Shown in pieces: positions 10,021 to 21,049 of a DNA stretch of 64,000 bases (its first letter is position 1; every line of letters begins with the position of its first letter). The DNA is from an uncultured Candidatus Entotheonella sp. Lineage in GTDB: Bacteria > Tectomicrobia > Entotheonellia > Entotheonellales > Entotheonellaceae. The position numbers and the translations under genes were made by a program. Below the pieces are notes generated by a model. The model worked only from the letters and a program-made list of their open reading frames with translations, did no database searches and was not told where the DNA came from. The stretch lies in assembly GCA_965215335.1 (NCBI GenBank), contig CBDCDA010000001.1, positions 800,001 through 864,000 of the forward strand, given 5' to 3'.

Positions 10021-11259
10021 GTGGTGATAACCATGCGGGTAGCGCACGTTACCGTCAGTTACGTCGAGGGGCTGGGCTACGAGGAAAACTACCTCGGTCT
10101 CTTCCAAGCAGCGTTAGGCGTCGATGTTTTCATCATTACTTCGACTAGGTTTCCGGGATGTTGGGCTGACATTTCCGACGTGGACCATCTCCATGATGGC
10201 GTCGAACTAGGTATCCGTGTAGATCGCGGCGTAAAGATACACCGCCTTAAATCGTGGATTCACGCCAGAAACGGTTCGCAGATCATTCTCCGAAGATTCA
10301 AGAATACGCTTAAGAAGATCAAGCCGGACATTCTCCACGTGCACAATCCGGTCGGCGTGTTGACGGCTCAGGCTCTGATGGCAGCCAAGGCTCTCGACAT
10401 TCCCGTGGTGGTAGACAGTCACGTGTGCGGCCATAACATGCATCCGTACGGCGTCCTCAAGCGGCTCTACTACCATGCATTCGGTCGGACGATCCTGCGG
10501 CATTATGATTCGATCATCCGCGCGTATCTGCCGTTGACGCGCGACTGTGAGGAGATTCTGAACGTGTATCTGGAAGTGCCGAATAAGCGCATGACCCACA
10601 CGACATTGGGAGTGGATACCGAGGCGGTCAACTTTCGCCCTGCGGCCAGAAAACGGATTCGAGAACACCTCGGGATTCCCCTGGACGCTCCCGTCGTTGC
10701 GTTCGTGGGCCGCGTCACGCCCGGGAAAGAGGTGGACGTGCTGGTGACTGCATGGAGCCGCTTGGCGCAGGAACATGACGCGTATCTGGTCCTAGTCGGG
10801 CCGTTGACAGACGGAATGGAGGAGTCGCTGAGCGCGCTGATCGACCCAACGCTGACGAGCATGTTGAAGATAACAGGGCTCGTGCCGCATCCGCAACTGC
10901 CCGATTATCTTTCCGCCTGCGACCTCGGGGTATGGTCCGCGGCGCCGGGGATATCCGTAATCGATGCGATGGCGTGCCATGTGGCAATTCTGTACTCGGA
11001 TGCCGGCGCCATAGGTCATCTTGCGGCTTACGGGAACGGCGAATTGTTTGCTCGTGGCGACGTGCGTGCGCTGGTCGCCGCGATCAATGCCATCCTGAGA
11101 GACCGGAGCAGGCTCGAGGTCATGCGGCGCGAATCCCGGCGCCTAGCAGAGGATGTGTTCGACTGGCGAGTAGTCGCGGCACGGACCAATTCGGTATACG
11201 ATGCCGTGCTGCAAGGCAGAGAGCCGTCGCTTCCGGCGATTTGGAGCGTAGATCGATAA
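10021..11259 (+). CDS. Glycosyltransferase family 4
   Basis: GYEEN, KPDILHVH, FVGR...K, SVIDAMAC and FDW C-terminus; GT-B fold pattern. Confidence 0.8.
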   Translation: MVITMRVAHVTVSYVEGLGYEENYLGLFQAALGVDVFIITSTRFPGCWADISDVDHLHDGVELGIRVDRGVKIHRLKSWIHARNGSQIILRRFKNTLKKIKPDILHVHNPVGVLTAQALMAAKALDIPVVVDSHVCGHNMHPYGVLKRLYYHAFGRTILRHYDSIIRAYLPLTRDCEEILNVYLEVPNKRMTHTTLGVDTEAVNFRPAARKRIREHLGIPLDAPVVAFVGRVTPGKEVDVLVTAWSRLAQEHDAYLVLVGPLTDGMEESLSALIDPTLTSMLKITGLVPHPQLPDYLSACDLGVWSAAPGISVIDAMACHVAILYSDAGAIGHLAAYGNGELFARGDVRALVAAINAILRDRSRLEVMRRESRRLAEDVFDWRVVAARTNSVYDAVLQGREPSLPAIWSVDR

Positions 11260-12264
11260 GTGAGAACTATCGTCAATGTATTGGTGACATCTGCCGGCGC
11301 CTCTGCTGCCGTCAACGTCATGCAGGCGCTGAGGGCGCAGCACGAAGTTCCCGTGCGGCTTGTCGCAGTCGACCTGGATCCGGTGGCTCCCGGTCTGTAC
11401 TTGGCGGACGCTAGGTACGTGGTGCCGCGCGCGACGGATGCACGATTCGTCCCGGAGATCCTGCGCATCTGCCGTGTGGAGCGGGTCGAGGTGGTCATAC
11501 CGATGCTGGCGGCCGAGGTGCCCGTCATCGCCGCACAGCGGGAGCGATTCGACGAAGCGGGAGTCGCCATGGTAGTTTCGAGCGATGCCACCATCCGCGC
11601 CTGCGCCGACAAGCGACTCGCGCATCGGTTCTTCGTCGACCGCGGCGTGCCGATACCCGAGACCTGGACCGACGGCACGCTCCTCGCACCGGAGACTCTT
11701 CCTTATCCGGTCATCGTCAAGCCTGCAGTCGGCAGCGGTTCCCGCCACACGTACCGCGCGGACGACGCCAATCAGTTCTCTGCGTTCAGATCGCTGGTAC
11801 TCGACCCGATCGCGCAGCGGTTCGTCGAGGGCGCTGAGATTACCGTAGACGTTCTGGCCGACACCGAAGGCAACACTTTGGCAGCGGTGCAACGCGAACG
11901 GATGCGCGTCTCGGATGGCAAAGCGGTAACAGCACGGACGCAGTGGAATGCCGAAATCGACGCTCACGTACGCCGGATTTGCAAACAGGTCAATCTGGCG
12001 GGTCCGGGCAACATCCAGTGTATTAAGACCGAAGACAGGCTGTATTTCATTGAGATCAACGCGCGGTTCGCGGCGGGCGGGCTGCCGCTTTCAGTAGCGG
12101 CAGGAGCGAACCTTCCGCTTATGCTTCTCAGAATGGCGCTTGGCGAATCAATCGTCCCTGTCGCCGACTATCGAATGGGGCTAGTCATGTCCAGGTATCT
12201 GACCGAGCACTTCCTCGAACAGGATTTCTGCGGAAATTATCAGCTTGTCGGGGGTGGCGAATGA
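11260..12264 (+). CDS. ATP-grasp domain protein (carbamoyl-phosphate synthase-like, polysaccharide associated)
   Basis: VLVTSAG, CADK, PVIVKPAVGSGS, E-ITVD, FIEINARF. Confidence 0.85.
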   Translation: MRTIVNVLVTSAGASAAVNVMQALRAQHEVPVRLVAVDLDPVAPGLYLADARYVVPRATDARFVPEILRICRVERVEVVIPMLAAEVPVIAAQRERFDEAGVAMVVSSDATIRACADKRLAHRFFVDRGVPIPETWTDGTLLAPETLPYPVIVKPAVGSGSRHTYRADDANQFSAFRSLVLDPIAQRFVEGAEITVDVLADTEGNTLAAVQRERMRVSDGKAVTARTQWNAEIDAHVRRICKQVNLAGPGNIQCIKTEDRLYFIEINARFAAGGLPLSVAAGANLPLMLLRMALGESIVPVADYRMGLVMSRYLTEHFLEQDFCGNYQLVGGGE

Positions 12265-12402
12265 ACTTGGCAGGGAGCGGGATACTCCTCGTCCCGGCGG
12301 TGCCAGATTCATCGGCTCACACATCGTCGAGGCGCTATTGGAAGCGGGTACCGCAGTCACGGTGTTCGACAATCTGAGTTCCGGCACCCTTGATAATCTA
12401 CA
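12261..12402 (+). pseudogene. NAD-dependent epimerase/dehydratase, N-terminal remnant truncated by IS5
   Basis: GGARFIGSHIVEALLEAGTAVTVFDNLSSGTLDNL (degenerate GGAGFIGS motif) stops at the IS5 terminus. Confidence 0.75.
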
Positions 12403-13636
12403 GGGCACCTCGAAAAATGCCTCATGGGATGCCCAAAGGTGCCAAGGTCGGCAATTCACCGTTTCGGTATGAACATGAACTCGACTTCCAGGGGGATTTC
12501 GCCGCTCGGCAACGGGAAGTTGCCTGTCAAGGACCGCAGTCGACACCACCTCACACCCGGTTGTGCCTGGCCGGCCATTCCAGGATGGTGTAATTGAACC
12601 AGCCGTCGCATGTTGCATGCGAGGTTCTTGAGAGCTATCCGCGCCGTTGCCCGGACAAGCCCAATGCTGCGAACCAATGTCCCGCCCATGTCATTGGGCT
12701 GCGCCCCAAAAGACATGCTCTACCCGTGCTCGAAACCGTGAACGACTCCTGTTGCCGGCTTTCTCCCAATCCCGTAATGGACGGTTACGATAGCCTTGGC
12801 GATGAATCCGGCTCGTCAACCCCTTGGCCTTGAGCTTCTCCTCAATGGCTTTCGACCGCCAGGCGCTGTCGGCCCACACAGCGGCTTGCCGTGTTGTCCG
12901 TCGTCAGCACCTCGTCAACCGCCTGGCTGTCGAACCGAGGCATCCGTCGCACGACAGCGCCGGATCAGCTTGTACCGACGGTCGATGCCGAGGTGGTTCT
13001 TGTAACCGTAGTGACTTCTGCCGTGTTTCTTCGTCCAGCGCGCATCCGTGTCTTTCTGGCGACGCCGCGGGCCGGCTTGTCCGCCCATGCCCTGGGCGTC
13101 TCACCTTGCCTGATCTGGGCGTTGTCGTCACGACTATTGCGTTGGATGGGAACTGCGACAATCGAAGCATCCATGATCTGGCCGCTCCTGGCCCGGTAGC
13201 CTTGGGTGCGGCAGAGCCACACGGTCTTGGCGTCGGGCACCTTGTCTTCAAGGCGCAAACCCAAAAAACGCACAAAGGAGAGGCGGTCGCGCATCTGGTA
13301 CTCGACCTGATCGTCCGACAGATTGCAGAGGGCGCACAGCGATGGCCTTGAACATGATGACGGCATCCCAGGGCTTGCACCCGGCATTGGACTTGCGCTG
13401 GTCGGGTGGCTTGCGCCAGACTGCCTCCAGGCGGTTGCGGAACGCTTCCCATGGCACGAGGGCATTGATCTTCACCAAGGGGGGGGCCATGCCTGGCATC
13501 CAAGGCGGCGTAGCGATTCTCGACATCGAAAAAGCCCATCTGAGCCATGTTCAATTCTCCCCGCCTCCGGTATCACGTGGTAATGTGTTGCAGTGATTCT
13601 GAACCAGGCGACAGATGCGTATTACTAGAGATGCCC
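12403..13636 (-). mobile_element. IS5-family element, frameshifted transposase
   Basis: Imperfect TIRs GGGCACCTCGAAAAAT / ATTACTAGAGATGCCC; transposase pieces [36 protein letters not shown]. Confidence 0.85.
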
Positions 13637-14627
13637 TTCTGTGCAATCGAAGGAGGCCCTATGGGACAGGTACTTCACGGCAGCGCTACGACCACGCACG
13701 CCGTCAGAAAAGCAATACAGCGATCGAAAGTTTCGCTCAAGAAACTGAGCCAAACCTGCGGCATCAACCCAAAAACCGTCCGAAAATGGCGAAAGCGAAA
13801 CACCGTCGAAGATCACAGGACAGGACCCGGACAACCGCGCTCGACGCTTCTCAGCGAGGACGAGGAAGCCCTTATCATAGCCTTCCGCCGGCCACACCCT
13901 GCTGCCCCTCGACGACTGCCTCTTACGCCCTCAAGCCGACCCTCCCGCATCTCACCCATTCGTCACTGCATCACTGCCTGCAACGCCATGACATCCAGCC
14001 GCCTGCCACTCGAAGAGGGCGACAAACCCGAAAGGAAGCGCTTCAAGCGCCACCCCATCGGCTATTTCCATGTCGACATCGACGAACTGCGCACCGCCGA
14101 GGGCAAACTCCATCTGTTCATCACCATCGACCGGACCTCGACGTTCGCCTTCGCCAAGCTAGTTGAACGCGCCAACACGAAAGGAGCGGCAGCATTCCTG
14201 GACGACCTGGTTGCAGCCGTGCCCTACCAGGTCCATACGGTGCTGAGCGACAACGGCACTCAGTTCGCCGATCTTGCCAGGAATCGAGGCGGTGCCACGG
14301 CACGCCTGCGCGGTCACCTGTTCGAGCGGGCGTGTCGGCGACATGGGATCGAGCACCGTCTGACGAAAGCCCAACCATCCCTGGGCCAACGCTCAGGCCG
14401 AGCGCCTGAACCGCACGGTCGAGGAGGCCACCGTCAAGCGTTTCCACGACGAGAGTCATGCCCGACTACGCAGCCACCTGGATGATTTTCTGTCGGCCTG
14501 CAACTTCGCGCGCCGTCTCAAGACCCTCCGGGGCCTTACACCCTACGAATACATCTGCAAGGTCTGGACATTGGAGCCGCAAGGATTCAAAATCAGTCCA
14601 TACCATCAAATCATGGGGCTATACACC
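13637..14627 (+). mobile_element. IS481-family element, frameshifted, left end deleted
   Basis: MGQVLHGSATTTHAVR, PIGYFHVDI, IDRTS, SDNGTQF. Right end GGGGCTATACACC with the stop TAA supplied by the flank; left TIR absent (abuts IS5). Confidence 0.82.
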
Positions 14628-14648
14628 TAACATCTGAGAAATAGTCGA

Positions 14649-15749
14649 TTGATTCCACTGGCTGACTTGAAAGCCCAGTACGCTGCCATCAAGCCGGAAA
14701 TCCGGATGGCGATCAACGGCGTGTTGGACAGCGCCCAATTCATCAACGGCCCGGATGTTTCCTGCTTTGAGACCGCGTTTGCCGAGTTCTGCCACGCAGA
14801 CCATGCTATTGGCGTAGGTAACGGCACCGATGCCCTCTTGCTGGCGTTGAAAGCCCTCGGCGTCGGTCCCGGCGACGAGATAATCACCACGGCAAACACC
14901 TTTATCGCCACGGCCGAAGCCATCGTCTCGGCCGGAGCTACTCCGGTCTTCATCGACGTGGACTCTGAGCACTTTAACATGACCGCCGCAGGACTGCGTG
15001 CCGCCATCACTTCCAGGACCAAGGCGGCTATTCCCGTCCATCTGTACGGACAACCGGCACCCATGAGGGAGATCATGTCTGTGGCCCGGGAGTGCTCTAT
15101 CAATATTGTCGAGGACACGGCCCAAGCCCACGGAGCAGAGTACGACGGCAGACGCGTCGGGACTTGGGGGGACGTGGCGACGTTGAGTTTCCACCCGGCC
15201 AAGAACCTCGGCGCCTATGGGGATGCGGGGGCAGTGATAACCAACGACACAGAGATTGCCAACACCGTCCGGATGATGAAAGATCACGGCAGGACGGAGA
15301 AATACCTACACGACTTCGCCGGCGTCAACAGCCGACTGGACACCCTACAGGCGGCGATCCTCGGCGTCAAGCTGGCGCACCTGGAAGAGTGGACCGAGGC
15401 GCGAAGGACGGTGGCGGCCAAGTACCATGGCGCGCTGTCGGAGTGCTCATGGCTCACCTTGCCGACCGAAATCCCAGGCGGCCGGCACGTGTACCATTTG
15501 TATGTAATCCAGTCGGACCGTCGCAATAAGCTGATGAAGCACCTAGCCAACGACGGGATAAGCACGGGAATCCATTACCCGGTCCCGCTACACAGGCAAT
15601 CCGCGTTCGCGTCGCTGGGGTATCGTAAGGGAGACTTTCCGGTAGCCGAGCAACTGGCCGATTCGATTCTGTCGATTCCGATATACCCGGAACTGAGAGA
15701 TCAGCAGTTAAGCAGGATTGTTCGATCAATTGGGTCGTTCGGGGGCTGA
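14649..15749 (+). CDS. DegT/DnrJ/EryC1/StrS family PLP aminotransferase
   Basis: MIPLADLKAQY, GNGTDAL, PVHLYGQ, EDTAQAHG, SFHPAKNLGAYGDAG, NSRLD, IHYP. Confidence 0.92.
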   Translation: MIPLADLKAQYAAIKPEIRMAINGVLDSAQFINGPDVSCFETAFAEFCHADHAIGVGNGTDALLLALKALGVGPGDEIITTANTFIATAEAIVSAGATPVFIDVDSEHFNMTAAGLRAAITSRTKAAIPVHLYGQPAPMREIMSVARECSINIVEDTAQAHGAEYDGRRVGTWGDVATLSFHPAKNLGAYGDAGAVITNDTEIANTVRMMKDHGRTEKYLHDFAGVNSRLDTLQAAILGVKLAHLEEWTEARRTVAAKYHGALSECSWLTLPTEIPGGRHVYHLYVIQSDRRNKLMKHLANDGISTGIHYPVPLHRQSAFASLGYRKGDFPVAEQLADSILSIPIYPELRDQQLSRIVRSIGSFGG

Positions 15750-15778
15750 ATTCGGCGTGGACTACCATAGGTGAGAAG

Positions 15779-17306
15779 GTAAGCGTTCAGGGGGGCCAAG
15801 TGTGCAGGTATCTATTGCAGACGGCCCTATTATGGGCTACGGTCACACTCGTTTTTCGCTCTCCCGTTGTCCTTCTCAGGAAGTCCCGAATGGAACCGTC
15901 GATACCGCCTGAGTCGCTGTCGCAAACCGATTGGCAGCACACACCACCGGCTGTACAAGCCTATCTCTTCACCCTGCACCAACGCCTGGCCCAACTCCAG
16001 GAACAAATCGACCAACTCCAAAAGCGCTTGCAACGCACGTCCAAGACATCCGACAAACCACCCTCGTCGGATTCACCCTTCCAAAGACCTGTCAGCAAGC
16101 AAGACAAGCCCCCAGGCAAACGGGGCGCACGAATGGGCCATCCTGGGTCAGGCTCCAGATTGCTCCGTCCCACCGAGCGGCGGGCCATCCATCCCGGACC
16201 TTGTGCCTGCGGCCAGGGCGTACCTGGCCAGACAGCGCCGTATCACCTCCATCAGGTCATGGAGTTGCCACCCATGGCGTTGCACGTCACCCACTGGGTC
16301 TTGCACCAAGGCCGATGTTCAGGCTGTGGCCGGCTGCTCAAGGCCCGCCTCCCCAAGGCGCAGCAAACCGGCCATGGCCCGCGTCTGACGGCCTTGATTG
16401 GCGAACTCAGTGCCATGCACCGCATCTCCCGGCGCGGCGTACAGGATTTCTGTCGCTCGGTGTTGGGTGCGCCAATCAGCCTGGGGGCGATTCAGCGTCT
16501 CATCGACCGTACCTCCCTGGCTATTGTGCCGCACGATGCGGCCATGGCTCGCTTGGCCCGCAAGGCACGGGTGGGCTACGTTGACGAGATGCCCTGGTAC
16601 TGCCGCCATGCCTTGCAATGGCTCTGGAGCATGGTCACGGATACCGTCGCCCTGTACCGTATTCATCCCAAGCGTTCGCAGGAAGCCTTCGGGTCTTTGA
16701 TCAAGGATTGGCGCGGCATCCTGGTCAGTGACGGCTACGGGGTGTATCAAGCCTGGGGCAATGCTCGTCAGACCTGCTTGGCGCATCTCATTCGTCGTGC
16801 CCGGGAGTTGTCGCAGCGACAGGTTCCTGGCCTTGCTGCCTGTGGCAAGGCGGTCCTGCAGGAACTCCAGCGTTTGTGTCAGATGGCTCACGCGCCGCCA
16901 AGTGGGGGGGGCAATGGCAGGCATGGTATGCGCGGTTGTGTCGTCTGATGAAACGCTATGGGCTGCGCCCTGATGATGGCGGTCGTCTGGTGAGGTGCTT
17001 ACGGCGCGAGTTGGGTTCGTTGTGGGTGTTTCTCAACGAGTCGGGAGTTGAGCCGACCAACAACCGGGCGGAGCGCGCCTTGCGCTTTGGCGTGTTGTGG
17101 CGCAAGAGTTCCTTGGGTACGGCGAGTATCAAGGGCAATGCCTGGGTGCAACGGAGTCTGTCGCTGCGTCAGACATGTCGGCAACTGGAACAATCGACCT
17201 TCTCGGTGTTGGTTGACGCCCTTGAGGCGTTCATGCACGATCGTCCGCCTGACCTCTCTTGGCTCTACGATAACCCCTCCCATTGCACGGCCCTCTGAAC
17301 GCTTAC
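15779..17306 (+). mobile_element. IS66-family element (single-ORF ISBst12-like), transposase frameshifted at G8 run 16904-16911
   Basis: Perfect TIRs GTAAGCGTTCAG / CTGAACGCTTAC; 9-bp direct repeat GGTGAGAAG on both sides; SDKPPSSD, SDGY, QTCLAHLIR, PTNNRAERALR. Confidence 0.92.
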
Positions 17307-17320
17307 GGTGAGAAGACTAA

Positions 17321-18277
17321 GGTATACAGTCCCATGGATTAATGGTACGATCCTTTCTGTACAATCGAAGGAGGCACTATGGGACAGGTACTCCACGACA
17401 GCGCCACGGCCACGCACGCCGTCAGAAAAGCAATACAGCGACCGAAAGCTTCGCTCAAGAAGAAAGCTTTCGCTCAAGAAACTGAGCCAAACCTGCGGCA
17501 TCAACCCCAAGACCATCCGAAAATGGCGAAAGCGAAACACCGTCGAAGATCACAGGACAGGACCCGGACAACCGCGATCGACACTTCTCGGCGAGGACGA
17601 TCTCTCATCATAGCCTTCCGCCGGCCACACCCTGCTGCCCCTCTACGCCCTCAAGCCGACCCTCCCGCATCTCACCCGTTCGTCACTCCATCGCTGTCTG
17701 AGGCGCCATGTTATCTAGCTGCCTGCCACTCGAAGAGGGGACAAACCCGAAAGGAAGCGCTTCGGGCGCTACCCTATCGGCTATTTCCATATCGACATCG
17801 CCGAACTGCGCACCGCCGAGGGCAAACTCCATCTGTTCATCGCCATCGACCGGACCTCGACGTTCGCCTTCGCCAGGCTGGTGGAACGCGCCAACACGAA
17901 CAATGGCACCCAGTTTGCCGATCTTGCCCGGAACCGAAGCGGCGCCACGACGCGCTTGCGCGGTCACCTGTTCGAGCGGGCGTGTTGGCGACATGGGATC
18001 GAGCGCCGTCTGATGCAGCCCAACCATTCGTGGACCAACGCTCAGGCCGAGCGCCTGAACCGCACGATCAAGGAGGCCACCGTCAAGCGTTTCCACGACG
18101 AGAGTCATGCCCGACTACGCAGCCACCTGGATGATTTTCTGTCGGCCTGCAACTTCGCGCGCCGTCTCAAGACCCTGCAGGGTCTGACGCCCTACGAAAT
18201 ACATCTGCAAGGTCTGGACACTGGAGCCGCAAGGATTCAAAATCAGTCCATACCATCAAATCACGGGACTATTCACC
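17321..18277 (+). mobile_element. IS481-family element, second degraded copy
   Basis: Nearly same sequence as 13637-14627; TIRs GGTATACAGTCCC / GGGACTATTCACC. Confidence 0.82.
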
Positions 18278-18279
18278 TA

Positions 18280-19124
18280 GGCTCAGGACTCATAACCAGA
18301 AGATGACCGTGGCAGCAAGGCAGATGGCACTGAAAAAGGTGTGCGCACACCGGTCATGGCGCGTGGCGATGCGACGCCAGTCCTTGAGACGACCAAACAG
18401 ACGCTCGATGAGGTTACGACTCTTGTATAGCTCGCGGTCATGGGCAATCGGCTCTTTACGATTGGCACGGCCCGGAATGCACGGCGCCATGCCTCGCCTG
18501 GCAGGCGCCCGGCGCAACCGGTTGCTGTCGTAGCCCTTGTCGGCTATCAGGACCCCGGACGCCGGTAGAGCAGGCACAATCGTATCAGCCCCGCGATAGT
18601 CGCTGACCTGACCCGCCGTCAACAACAGCACGATGGGCCTACCGTCGCCGTTACAGACCGCATGGAGCTTGGAGTTCAGACCGCCTCGGGTGCGCCCGAT
18701 CTGACGCGGAAAAGCCCCTTTTTCAGCAGGCTGGCAGCGGTGCGATGCGCCTTGATATGGGTGCCGTCGATCATCACGGTTTCGGTCTCGGTGCTTTCTG
18801 AGGCCAGGGTCTGGAAGATACGGTCGAACACCCCGGCCTTGCTCCGGCGCACGAAGCGGTTGCAGAGGGTCTTGTGGGGACCGTAGCAGGCGGGGGCATC
18901 GCGCCACATGAGGCCGTGGCGGATGACGTGGATGATGCCGCTGATGACCTTTCGGTCATCGACGCGCGGGACGCCCGAGCACCTTGTTGGGCAGCAGGGG
19001 TTGAAGTCGGGCAGACTGCGCATCGGAGAGCCAGAAGTGATGATCGGGGCATGGTGAGCCTCCCCATGGAGTCAGAGTCTTGAATCCGATATGTTCAATG
19101 ATAACCCTTTATAGGTCCTGAGCC
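18280..19124 (-). mobile_element. IS5-family (IS427-like) element, two-ORF transposase
   Basis: TIRs GGCTCAGGAC / GTCCTGAGCC flanked by TA; RVDDRKVISGI, MIDGTHIKAHR, ADKGYDS, RNLIERLFGRLKDWRRIATR. Confidence 0.87.
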
Positions 19125-19126
19125 TA

Positions 19127-19925
19127 GGCTTAGGACTCATAACCAGAAGACGACCGTGGCAGCAAGGCAGATGGCACTGAAAAAGGTGTGCGCACACCGG
19201 TCATGGCGCGTGGCGATGCGACGCCAATCCCTGAGTCTGCCAAACGGACGCTCGATGAGGTTACGACTCTTGTAAAGCTCGCGGTCATGGACAATCGGCT
19301 CTTTACGATTGGCACGGCCCGGAATGCACGACGCCATGCCTCGCCTGGCAAGCGCCCGGCGCAACCGGTTGCTGTCGTAGCCCTTGTCGGCTATCAGGAC
19401 CCCGGACGCCGGTAGAGCAGGCACAATCGTAGGGCTTGCCATCGCCGTCACAGACCGCATGGAGCTTGGAGTTCAGACCACCGCCTCGGGTGCGCCCGAT
19501 CTGACGCGGAAAAGCCCCTTTTTCAGCAGGCTGGCAGCGGTGCGATGCGCCTTGATATGGGTGCTGTCGATCATCACGGTTTCGGTCTTGGTGCTTTCTG
19601 AGGCCAGGGTCTCTGGAAGATACGGTCGAACACCCCGGCCTTGCTCCAGCGCACGAAGCGGTTGCAGAGGGGTCTTGTGGGGACCGTAGCAGGCTGGTGC
19701 ATCGCGCCACATGAGGCCATAGCGGATGACGTGGATGATGCCGCTGATGACCTTTCGGTCATCGACGCGCGGGACGCCGCGCACCTTGTTGGGCAGCAGG
19801 GGTTGAAGTCGGGCAGACTGCGCATTGGAGAGCCAGAAGTGATGATCGGGCATGATGAGCCTCCCTATGGAGTCAGGGTCTTGAATCCGATATGTTCAAT
19901 GATGACCCTTTAGAGGTCCTGAACC
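19127..19925 (-). mobile_element. IS5-family (IS427-like) element, tandem second copy with internal deletion
   Basis: Head-to-tail repeat of 18280-19124 separated by one TA; TIRs GGCTTAGGAC / GTCCTGAACC. Confidence 0.85.
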
Positions 19926-19979
19926 TAGACTACACGCGGCGACGTATCGCCTGTCATACAACGTTGTCCATAGAGAATT

Positions 19980-21049
19980 TAGAGCGGTTTTCGTTTGTAT
20001 GTCTGGCCTGCCTGGGGTAAGTTTGACGCATGAAAGCTTACTCAACTGATCTACGCCAGAAAATCATCGAGGCTTATCAACGAGGCCAAGGGGCCCAACG
20101 CGCCATCGCCGACCTCTTTGGTGTCAGTGTCTCCTTCGTTGAAAAACTTCTGCAACCTTACCGAACCACCGGCAACCTTGAGGCCAAACCCCATGGCGGC
20201 GGCCAGAGGCGACGCCTTGACACCGCTGGCGACCAACGCATCCGGGCATGGATACAGGAACAGCCCGACTGACCTTGGCAGAACTCCGCACCCAAACACG
20301 CCAGTAACTCGGCATCACGCTGAGCTTGACGACACTTTGGCGCATGCTGAAACGGCTTTTTGGGCCTGACACGAAAAAAAGACCCTCCAGGCCTGCGAAG
20401 GGGACACCGAACGGGTACGCCAGCACTACCGCACCCAGATCGACTCGATTCCTTCCGAGCGCTTGACGTTCATCAATGAATCGGGCGCAACTTGGCCCTG
20501 ACGGAAACGCACGGGCACGCCCCCAGAGGCCAGCGTGTCATTGACCGGGTGCCCAAGGACGCCGGGATGAACATGACGATGATCGGGGCGCTTTCGCTTG
20601 ACGGCCTCAAGGCGTTGATGCCCCGGGGCGACGACGGGCGGCGTGTTTCGTACCTACGTTGAAGAGGTATTGGGGCCGACGTTGAGGCCGGGTGTGGGAT
20701 AACCTATGTCTGGCCTATCACGACGACAGGTCCTCGGGGTCAATTTGTCTACTGCGGAGGCCCCGTACAGTCACACGAAAACCGCTATAAGTCGCGGAGG
20801 TTTCCGAAGCGATTGTTGCTCGTGGGGCTGAGGTTGTGACTGCCGCCGTATTCGCCCGATCTGTCGCCGATTGAACGGTGTTGGTCGAAGCTCAAGACGG
20901 CGTTGCGTAGTGCGAAGGCGCACACGTATGAGACGCTCAACGTCGCATTGGCTGAGGCTTGGGACCGGGTAACGGCATCGGATGCTCAAGGCTGGTTTAC
21001 CCATTGCGGCTATCCCATATAGTCACTTAGTCACGCGAAAACCGCTCTA
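19980..21049 (+). mobile_element. IS630-family element, pseudogenised
   Basis: TA-flanked TIRs TAGAGCGGTTTTCG / CGAAAACCGCTCTA; MKAYSTDLRQKII HTH and LPPYSPDL.PIE..WSKLK remnants. Confidence 0.85.
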
